DNA from: an uncultured Spirochaetaceae bacterium
Lineage (GTDB): Bacteria > Spirochaetota > Spirochaetia > Sphaerochaetales > Sphaerochaetaceae
Assembly: GCA_946414625.1 (NCBI GenBank)
Contig: CAMKPI010000001.1
Coordinates: forward strand, 1-32,162
DNA: 32,162 nt
Direction of reading: 5' to 3'
How positions within the stretch are numbered: the stretch's first letter is position 1; each line of letters begins with the position of its first letter. Below, one piece after another: positions 25,400 through 32,162 of the stretch. A model generated the notes under the pieces. That model was not told where the DNA came from and searched no databases. It saw nothing but the letters and a program-made list of their open reading frames with translations. The position numbers and the translations under genes are program-made.

Positions 25400-27244
25400 C
25401 TACCAGCTTCGGGAGCCGCCTCCGCCCATTCCTCCGCCGGAGAAACCACCTCCACCGCCACCCGAAGCAAGCCCTCCTATACTGTGACCTGCGTTCCGAG
25501 CCGCGGCGGCTGCGTTCACCGCATTCTGCATTCCTCTTGCCATCCCGGAGAGAACAGCAACATCAAACGCACCCATGCCGCTGTACCACTCAGGAGCCGG
25601 AACAGAAGCAAACCTGAACTTGTCCGCCCATTTTTTCTCCAACCCCAGAACTATTGCATAACACAAAACATGGTAATAGAACTCAGGATCATCGTCTATC
25701 AGGGCTTTCAGCTGATCCATTTCGACCTTATCTATGAAATCCCTGAATCCCGCCACCTCGTCCGTGATTCGCCTGCCATACGCGCTCTTCTTGGAAATAA
25801 ACTTCGACACGAACATTATCCCAGCGGAGAGAGCCGTACAGCAAATAAGGAACCGGTAATCAACAAAGGAAAAGAAAAGTCCGAACAATCCCGCGGCAGC
25901 GGCATACGGCGCGACGCAAAGAACAGCCATAAAAACGCTTCCCCTATGCGCTTCCAGAAGCCTGACTGCATTGCCAATCAGAACGGACGACACTATTGTG
26001 GTGAACACGGAAACGTATCCCGCAAAAATCATCAAACCCAGGTCGTAGTTGTAAACGGAAGTGAAAACAGAGAACAACAGAAGCGGCACAGCGGAAACAA
26101 CGGTGTAAAACTTAGATCGGGTTGTACTTTTCTCCTCAGTCAAAGCACGTTTCCCCGTAAAATAGCCCGCAACATACTGCTTACAGCTGTTTATTGTGCC
26201 GGAAATCGAGACCAACGCTGTTTTTGACAGGTCCGCGATCTCTCCGTCTCCCGTCTTGTTGAAAATCCCGTTAAACAGAGCCTCCTCGGCAATCTCGGCT
26301 CCGTCCAGCTTCGATACGAGCTTCACCGCCCTGTAAATACCCTTCTCAGTCTCCTCTATGCGGATAAAACCCTTATCCGCCCAGTAAAAAAGCATCGCAG
26401 ACAAATCCCTGCCGCCGACAGCTCCGTCGTTTATATAGCCGACATACATCGGAGAAAGCCCGTCTGGCGGAGTGAAGCGGGCTGTGACAACAGCAGGCTC
26501 GTCCACGCCGAACCGTCTCCACGCAACAAGAGACAAGAAAAGCAGGAAAAAACCCGTCCCGCAAATAGCGGCTTTTACCACGGCAGACCTGTCCACAACC
26601 CTGAAATACCCCTCCGGCAAATCAAGGCGGATCGTCACACCCTCGCCGATTGCAAAAGAAAATGCAGACCCGGATACCACAAGGAAATCGACGCCGTCGA
26701 TTGTCTGAATCTGAGACGAATAATCAACGAACTGGGCCCTGTCGCCGTATAGACCGCGGAAAAGAGTGATCCCAACTTCCCCGGCGGAAATCCCGTTCAG
26801 GGGAATGAACACATTGAAGTCAAAGCGCTCCACCGGCGCCTCGTTCTCCGTTCCCAGTAGATTGAACAGGAAAACATCGCCCTCTCCACCTTCAACCGGG
26901 ATCTTTCCCGTGTTGTAGTTGTAACTCAGGGAATATTCCTGGTCCCCGCTCACCAACTCGTCCTCGTCTCCAATCCGGATTACCTTGAATCCGTCTTCAA
27001 CCCGGTCATCATGCGGCTCTGAGCACTCTACCTCGGACACACGTGCGCGAACATCGGCAAATTTCAGCGGAATGAAGCGCTCAATTCCATGAGAAGGGTA
27101 CTCAAAACGCGCCACAAAATTCTCTTCGACACGATGGCGGGCCCCGATGTCCACAGTGACATCCGTGCGATAATACGGATAGCTCAAAGAGAAAACATTC
27201 CCCGCACAAAGCAGAACGAGAAAAAAAGCAAAAAGCCTCTTCAT
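25400..27244 (-). CDS. DUF2207 domain membrane protein
   Basis: It has a signal peptide (MKRLFAFFLVLLCAGNVFS), an ectodomain, several TM segments and a glycine-rich tail (GGGGGGFSGGGMGGGGSRSW). The ORF-track start at 27262 is a TTG; I prefer ATG 27244, but the start is uncertain. Confidence 0.85.
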   Translation of the reverse strand: MKRLFAFFLVLLCAGNVFSLSYPYYRTDVTVDIGARHRVEENFVARFEYPSHGIERFIPLKFADVRARVSEVECSEPHDDRVEDGFKVIRIGDEDELVSGDQEYSLSYNYNTGKIPVEGGEGDVFLFNLLGTENEAPVERFDFNVFIPLNGISAGEVGITLFRGLYGDRAQFVDYSSQIQTIDGVDFLVVSGSAFSFAIGEGVTIRLDLPEGYFRVVDRSAVVKAAICGTGFFLLFLSLVAWRRFGVDEPAVVTARFTPPDGLSPMYVGYINDGAVGGRDLSAMLFYWADKGFIRIEETEKGIYRAVKLVSKLDGAEIAEEALFNGIFNKTGDGEIADLSKTALVSISGTINSCKQYVAGYFTGKRALTEEKSTTRSKFYTVVSAVPLLLFSVFTSVYNYDLGLMIFAGYVSVFTTIVSSVLIGNAVRLLEAHRGSVFMAVLCVAPYAAAAGLFGLFFSFVDYRFLICCTALSAGIMFVSKFISKKSAYGRRITDEVAGFRDFIDKVEMDQLKALIDDDPEFYYHVLCYAIVLGLEKKWADKFRFASVPAPEWYSGMGAFDVAVLSGMARGMQNAVNAAAAARNAGHSIGGLASGGGGGGFSGGGMGGGGSRSW

Positions 27245-27419
27245 ATCAAACAAACCGCGCAAACTGCCCCGCCGCGATCAGGTCTCGTGAGCCCCTTCCG
27301 GAGTCGGCGTAGCGCAGAACATGTTATCCGCGCCGCTATGCAAGCCCCAACCTGTGATCCTCTTCCGGCGGCATAACGGAAAGCCTTACCCCTCCGCCCC
27401 GCTTCGAAAAACAAAAGAC

Positions 27420-27977
27420 TCAGTCGAACGACACCCTCACGTTCTGCCTCTCTTCCGCGGTATTCTCCAGATATGTCATCTTCTGGAACTTGCCGCCGAA
27501 TATTCCTGCGATAAGAGAGCCCGGAAAAACCTCGATTGCCGTATTGAATGTCTTGACAACAGCATTGTAATACTTCCGCGCCTGCAGGATCTCCTTCTCC
27601 AGCCGGGACAGCTCTCCCTGCAGATTCTCGAAATTCTTGTTCGCCTTCAGCTCCGGATACGACTCCGACACAGCGAACAGTGTTTTTAGGGTTCCCTCCA
27701 AAGTCCGGTCCGCTCTGTCCCGCTCGGCAACCCCTTTTGCCCCGATTGCCATATTACGCGCCTGAATCACAGCAGAGAGAGTTTTTTCCTCGTGCTTCGC
27801 ATACCCTTTGACCGTCTCGACGAGGTTCGGAATCAAGTCGTACCTCTGTTTCAAGTGCGCATCCAGCTGGGCATACGCCTCGTCCCCATTGTTCTTAAGC
27901 TTTACGAAGCTGTTATATTTGCCAATGACAAAAAGAATCAGCACCACAAGTACCGCCGCGATGATTATTGCCGTCAT
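27420..27977 (-). CDS. lemA: LemA family protein
   Basis: It has an N-terminal TM helix followed by YNSFVKLKNNGDEAYAQLDAHLKQRYDLIPNLVETVKGYAKHE. The start is preceded by AAAAGGAGGG. Confidence 0.9.
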   Translation of the reverse strand: MTAIIIAAVLVVLILFVIGKYNSFVKLKNNGDEAYAQLDAHLKQRYDLIPNLVETVKGYAKHEEKTLSAVIQARNMAIGAKGVAERDRADRTLEGTLKTLFAVSESYPELKANKNFENLQGELSRLEKEILQARKYYNAVVKTFNTAIEVFPGSLIAGIFGGKFQKMTYLENTAEERQNVRVSFD

Positions 27978-28012
27978 GAAGCCCTCCTTTTATCTTTCCG
28001 GAAGTGAACCCG

Positions 28013-28075
28013 GATATAAAAATTCGCTTGACATCTGTCAATTTACATGAATAAACATCAAGTGTCAAGCGAATT
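28013..28075 (-). promoter_or_regulatory. two overlapping sigma70-like promoters embedded in a 13-bp perfect inverted repeat, upstream of lemA
   Basis: The inverted repeat is AATTCGCTTGACA (28021-28033) and TGTCAAGCGAATT (28063-28075). On the minus strand, P1 is TTGACA-17-TAAATT and P2 is TTGACA-17-TATATC. The P2 -10 lies ~35 nt upstream of the lemA ATG. Confidence 0.45.
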
Positions 28076-28147
28076 CCGCGCAGTTACACAAAAATAATAT
28101 AGTCAGTGGCCGGCAGATTTCATGCTCCCGCATCTGTCAGACCATCT

Positions 28148-28240
28148 CCTGCCTTTCAAGGCAGGATTTCGGCAAATCGGGACATCCACGCCGAGTCCCG
28201 TCTCCCGAGCAGCTTTGTCAAAGCAGGATTTCTGCAAACG
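28148..28240. repeat. 62-bp-period duplication spanning the pgi stop codon
   Basis: CAGGATTTC occurs at 28162 and 28224. The downstream copy still reads FAEILP* against the real C-terminus FAEILL*. The downstream copy forms the hairpin CCTGCC-TTTCAA-GGCAGG (28148-28165). Confidence 0.75.
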
Positions 28241-29765
28241 CCGCGAGATTCTCGTCCCCTTCGCAGCCGGAGAGAACCTTCTTTGCAAGAATCTTGCCCA
28301 ACTGCACACCTTCCTGATCAAAGCTGTTGAGGTTCCAGATAAAGCCCTGGAACATGACCTTGTTCTCGAAATGAGCAAGAATCTGACCAAGACTGAAGGC
28401 ATTCAGCCTGTCGCAGGCGATGAGCGACGACGGACGCCCCCCTTCAAAATGCTTGTTCGGATCATCCGCGTTCGCCCTGCCCTTGGCAAAGGCGACAATC
28501 TGCGCCACAAGGTTCGCATTCAACTTCTGCCGGGAGGTGCTTCCCTCAACGGTGGCATCAAGACTCCCCTGGTTCTCGCGGAACCCCATGAACTGAAGCG
28601 GTACAATGTCCGTTCCCTGGTGGAGAAGCTGATAGAAAGAATGCTGACCGTTCGTACCAGGCTCACCGAAAATCACAGGACCGGTCTTGTAGGAAATTCT
28701 CTCACCAAAGCGGTTCACACTCTTCCCGTTGCTCTCCATATCAAGCTGCTGGAAGTGCGCCGGAAGACGATTCAGACTCTGCGAATAGGGTAGTATTGCA
28801 GTGTACGGATAGCCCAGTACATTCCTGAGGTAAACACCGATGAGAGCGTCCATCAATGCCGGGTTCTTCGTGATATCGGACTGGAGGGCGGTCATGTCTG
28901 CCGCGTGGGCTCCGTCGAGCAGCTCCCTGAAGATCTCGTAGCCGTAGGTCAGGGACAGAATCACACCTCCCACCGCGCTGCATGAGGAATATCTACCGCC
29001 GATGTAGTCATCCATAAAGAACACCTGGAGGATTCCCTCCTCACGGGCAAGCGGGCTCGTCTCGGACGTGACAGCCACCATGTGAGCCTTCGGATTGGTT
29101 ATTCCCTTGTCTCGCAGAACCTTGAACACCAAGTCGCGGTTTGTGAGCGTCTCCAGCGTGGTACCGCTCTTGGACACAAGAATGAACAGCGTCTCCTCAA
29201 GGTTAAGCCCTTCCAGCACTCCGGCAGCATCGTCCGGGTCCACGTTAGAGATAAACCGCGCATCCAATTTCTCCACCGGGAGCAAATTAAGAGCATAGCA
29301 CAGAGCGCGGGGACCGAGGTCTGAGCCCCCGATTCCAATCTGCACCACATGTCTGAAAGCCCGCCCTGTGGAGCCTTTCACCGCGCCCGAGCGTACATCC
29401 TGGGAGAACTTCTCAATTTTCGCGAGCTCAGCCTTATAAAATTCGCTCTTGTCGCGCGGCACTGTGTCAACACATTCGCCGCGATTCAGCTGGTGAAGCA
29501 CCATGCGCTTCTCGCCCGTGTTCATAACCTCTCCGGAAAGGAGAGCCTTATACTTGTCGATGACTTCCGCCTCATCGGCAAGAGCCTGCAGAGCCTCCAC
29601 TGTCTCGTCCGAGACTGGCATGCAGGCGTAGTTATAGACAAAACCCTTTGCTCCGCGGACATTGCATTTTCTTATCCTTTCAGCATTTAAACCCTTCACG
29701 TCATAGAGCGCGCACGCATTCAGCGCACCAGTCGACACGAGCCTGTCAAAATTCCTATACTCCAT
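28218..29765 (-). CDS. pgi: glucose-6-phosphate isomerase
   Basis: Trimmed to ATG 29765 (MEYRNFDRLV...), which is preceded by GAGGAGG. It is 515 aa and contains IGIGGSDLGP, SKSGTTLET and GEPGTNGQHSFYQLLHQG. Confidence 0.93.
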   Translation of the reverse strand: MEYRNFDRLVSTGALNACALYDVKGLNAERIRKCNVRGAKGFVYNYACMPVSDETVEALQALADEAEVIDKYKALLSGEVMNTGEKRMVLHQLNRGECVDTVPRDKSEFYKAELAKIEKFSQDVRSGAVKGSTGRAFRHVVQIGIGGSDLGPRALCYALNLLPVEKLDARFISNVDPDDAAGVLEGLNLEETLFILVSKSGTTLETLTNRDLVFKVLRDKGITNPKAHMVAVTSETSPLAREEGILQVFFMDDYIGGRYSSCSAVGGVILSLTYGYEIFRELLDGAHAADMTALQSDITKNPALMDALIGVYLRNVLGYPYTAILPYSQSLNRLPAHFQQLDMESNGKSVNRFGERISYKTGPVIFGEPGTNGQHSFYQLLHQGTDIVPLQFMGFRENQGSLDATVEGSTSRQKLNANLVAQIVAFAKGRANADDPNKHFEGGRPSSLIACDRLNAFSLGQILAHFENKVMFQGFIWNLNSFDQEGVQLGKILAKKVLSGCEGDENLAAFAEILL

Positions 29766-29943
29766 CAAAAACCTCCTCGGAGCCGCCAGCGCATCATGCG
29801 AGACCCAAGCATTCTCCGATTTTACTTTAGCACACGCATGCGGTGTTTTCAAATTTAAATTTCGTCTTTCCGCACCGCCCTCAACATCGCCATTTTTCAC
29901 CATCGTGCAAACGATTCGGCCGCTCATCCCGCCTTGTCCGCCC

Positions 29944-29972
29944 TTGTCTCGACCGTCTGCATCGTGTAATAT
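29944..29972 (+). promoter_or_regulatory. candidate promoter giving a leaderless mRNA for the NYN-like gene
   Basis: TTGTCT (29944-29949), a 17-nt spacer, TAATAT (29967-29972), then 6 nt to ATG 29979. There is no SD before the ATG. Confidence 0.4.
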
Positions 29973-29978
29973 AGATTC

Positions 29979-30686
29979 ATGAAAAAATATATCTACGTAG
30001 ATTATGAGAATATGAGCAACCTGAAAGATTTTCCCAGGATTCCCGATGGAAAGTATTTCTTCTTCATAGGCGCTAAGCAAAGCACAATCCCAAAAAGCCT
30101 CGTTTTCGCCAGCAACAGCACGCAAACACAATGGATAGAGATCGCCTCATCAGGGAAGAACGCGCTGGACTTCCACATCGCCTACCAGATTGCCAAGCAT
30201 GACGACGAAAAGAATGCGCTACACTACATCCTCTCAAAAGACAAAGGGTTTGACCCGCTGATTTCTTCAATCAACAAGCAGAAAAATGCAAAAATTGTAC
30301 GCAGAATAGTGAGCCTGGACGACTTCCTGATGGAATTGGGCGACGCCGACATGTCGGACAACGCCACAGCGGGCAGCGCGGGCGCTCTTTCTGCCTCCGG
30401 ACAAAACGAAGGCTCTTCCGACAACGCGGCAAAAAAAACAAAGAAACGCCCCGCTTCGCCTAGGGAAAGGTACGACAAGGAGAAATTCGACCGGGTGTTG
30501 AAGAACCTCACCGGAATTGCAAAAAGCGCCCGTCCAAAAAGCGAAAAGACTTTGAAATCCCATATCCTCACCTTCGCGACAGGCGAAAACTGGACGGATT
30601 CGGACGTACAAGCCATCGTGAACGAGCTTTACCGCGAGGGCATCATAAGCAAGGGCGCGGGAAGCCGAATATCCTACTCGAAATAG
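29979..30686 (+). CDS. NYN/PIN-like nuclease-fold protein with disordered linker and small C-terminal domain
   Basis: The N-terminus reads IYVDYENM...SSGKNALDFHIAYQIA...ILSKDKGFDPLI, which fits the LabA/NYN motif order. A Ser/Ala/Lys-rich linker follows, then a ~70-aa C-terminal domain. Confidence 0.6.
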   Translation: MKKYIYVDYENMSNLKDFPRIPDGKYFFFIGAKQSTIPKSLVFASNSTQTQWIEIASSGKNALDFHIAYQIAKHDDEKNALHYILSKDKGFDPLISSINKQKNAKIVRRIVSLDDFLMELGDADMSDNATAGSAGALSASGQNEGSSDNAAKKTKKRPASPRERYDKEKFDRVLKNLTGIAKSARPKSEKTLKSHILTFATGENWTDSDVQAIVNELYREGIISKGAGSRISYSK

Positions 30687-30768
30687 AGGAGGACAACACG
30701 GTTCATGACACTGTGGCGAGTTTACAAAACCTAAAATCGCCGCGGAGTCGGGTCAGCACACCTCGACC

Positions 30769-30940
30769 GCAGCGTCAAAGCCTTGCTCGCCAGCGCTGCA
30801 TCGGGCGAACCGCGACACACGAGTCACATCGGGCGAACCGTGTCCACCCAAGCTGCAGCGTCAAAGCCTTGCTCGCCAGCGTTGCACCGTCCGAACCGCA
30901 ACAGATTGAGTCACATCGGGCGACTCACAGAAACCGAAAA
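30769..30940. repeat. 86-bp tandem duplication (2 units)
   Basis: GCAGCGTCAAAGCCTTGCTCGCCAGCG is identical at 30769 and 30855. GAGTCACATCGGGCGA recurs in both units. Confidence 0.85.
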
Positions 30941-30950
30941 GGAGCGTAAA

Positions 30951-32162
30951 ATGACAAGAGACCCACTGCAGACTGAAGCCCGGATCCCGGGTAACCGGAA
31001 CTCCAAGCCCGCCGTGACTGAATATTTCGCTCCGACTCACATCTACTTCGGGCGTGGCGCGGAAGACCTTGTGGGAGAGGTCCTGAAAGAAAACGGAGCC
31101 AAAAAAATCCTCCTCCACTACGGTGGCTCCTCAGCAGAAAAGAGCGGGCTGCTGGACAAGGTAAGAGGCCGCCTCGACGCGGTCGACATCGAATATACAG
31201 AACTCGGAGGCGTCCAACCGAACCCCAGGCTTTCCCTGGCGCGGCGCGGAATCTCCATCTGCAAGGAGAAGAACATCGACTTCATTCTTGCCGTAGGGGG
31301 AGGCTCTGTCCTGGACAGCGCAAAATGTATTGCATACGGCGCCGTATACAGCGGCGATGTCTGGGACTTCTACAAGGGGCTTTTGAAACCCTCCGCCCGG
31401 CTTCCGATGGGTTCTATCCTCACCCTTGCCGCAACAGGCAGCGAGATGAGCGACTCCAGCGTAATGACAAACGACGAAGTCTCCCCTGCCGACAAGTTCG
31501 GCTGCAACAGCAACCTGGGACGCCCCGCCTTCGCGCTTCTGAACCCGGAACTGACATTCTCCGTTCCGGCTTACCAGACAGGCAGCGGCAGCGCAGACAT
31601 CATCATGCACACCCTGGAACGTTTCTTCTACAAAGGTCCCGTTTTGGATCTCACAGACGAGCTCTCCGCTGCCCTCATCAGACGCGTTGCAGACAGCACG
31701 CACAAAGCCCTGGAAAAGCCCGATGACTATGAGGCGCGCGCAAACCTCATGTGGGCGGCGTCGCTCTCCCACAACGGAATGTTCAACATGGGTCACAACA
31801 CAATAGGAGACTGGGCGTGCCACCGGCTGGAACATGAGCTCTCCGCCCTCTTCGACGTTGCCCACGGCGCAGGACTTGCCGCAATATGGTCGAGCTGGGC
31901 GAGGTATGTAATGAACGAAAACCCTGGTCGCTTCGCACGGCTGGGAGATCTGCTTTTCGGCAAAGAGGAAGAAAGAGCCCGCTCCGAAGCAGACATCCGC
32001 GCAAAGGCCACTGAAACAATAGACCGCATTGAGAAGATTTTTGAAAGCTTCAAAATGCCCGTCAGAATCTCGGGCCTCGACATCGACGCCACAGACGAAG
32101 TATGCAGAACCCTTGCTGAAAAAGCATCTCTGAACGGCAGAAAAACCCTCGGAAACTTCAAA
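30951..32162 (+). CDS. iron-containing alcohol dehydrogenase (butanol dehydrogenase/YqhD-like), 3' end outside window
   Basis: It is absent from the ORF track because there is no stop in the window. My hand translation is open for 404 codons from ATG 30951, which has GGAG 7 nt upstream. It contains ILAVGGGSVLDSAK, LTLAATGSEM and CHRLEHELS...AHGAGLA. Confidence 0.88.
   Translation, partial: MTRDPLQTEARIPGNRNSKPAVTEYFAPTHIYFGRGAEDLVGEVLKENGAKKILLHYGGSSAEKSGLLDKVRGRLDAVDIEYTELGGVQPNPRLSLARRGISICKEKNIDFILAVGGGSVLDSAKCIAYGAVYSGDVWDFYKGLLKPSARLPMGSILTLAATGSEMSDSSVMTNDEVSPADKFGCNSNLGRPAFALLNPELTFSVPAYQTGSGSADIIMHTLERFFYKGPVLDLTDELSAALIRRVADSTHKALEKPDDYEARANLMWAASLSHNGMFNMGHNTIGDWACHRLEHELSALFDVAHGAGLAAIWSSWARYVMNENPGRFARLGDLLFGKEEERARSEADIRAKATETIDRIEKIFESFKMPVRISGLDIDATDEVCRTLAEKASLNGRKTLGNFK

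Noticed and set aside
28122-28793. The 223-aa plus-strand ORF and other frames inside pgi, and plus-strand ORFs 20733..21227 and 20839..21282 inside rbr.
   Set aside because: They are antisense shadows of confidently identified genes.
31131-32161. Minus-strand ORFs 31131..31865 (244 aa) and 31793..32161 (122 aa).
   Set aside because: They are antisense to the clearly recognisable Fe-alcohol dehydrogenase frame (30951-32162). That frame is missing from the track only because it has no stop in the window.

Overview
This is a 32.2-kb bacterial window in three parts. (1) Positions 1-850 form a visibly AT-richer islet. It holds the 3' part of a DinJ/RelB-type antitoxin, a complete YafQ/RelE-type toxin and a few decayed mini-ORFs. 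(2) Positions 1008-16318 on the minus strand carry an uninterrupted tuf + S10-spc-alpha ribosomal super-operon: tuf-rpsJ-rplC-rplD-rplW-rplB-rpsS-rplV-rpsC-rplP-rpmC-rpsQ-rplN-rplX-rplE-rpsN-rpsH-rplF-rplR-rpsE-rpmD-rplO-secY-rpmJ-rpsM-rpsK-rpsD-rpoA-rplQ. There is no adk/map/infA after secY and no rpsL-rpsG-fusA ahead of tuf. The EF-Tu and r-protein sequences give a spirochaete (Treponema-like) impression, which cannot be verified here. (3) Positions 16.3-32.2 kb start with about 1.1 kb that has no credible ORF. After that come an ABC exporter with an unusual ~200-aa N-terminal extension, a Cof-type HAD phosphatase, rubrerythrin and an ArsC/Spx-family protein. A same-strand block of five membrane proteins follows: LemA, DUF2207, a VTE5/dolichol-kinase-like polyprenol kinase, a DUF92/VTE6-like protein and a YugP-type Zn peptidase. 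The window ends with pgi, an NYN/PIN-like protein and a 3'-truncated Fe-alcohol dehydrogenase. I saw no rRNA, tRNA, CRISPR-cas, transposase, integrase or recognised defence system. Four things stand out. First, locus-specific 40-90 bp degenerate tandem duplications fill almost every intergenic spacer of the accessory half, and four of them straddle a stop codon. Second, the two prenol-kinase families are adjacent inside the membrane-protein block. Third, the ABC exporter has an N-terminal domain preceded by a core-plus-variable-segment repeat array. Fourth, several long structured spacers sit inside the otherwise tightly packed ribosomal operon. All functional calls rest on my reading of the translated ORFs. 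No database search was run.
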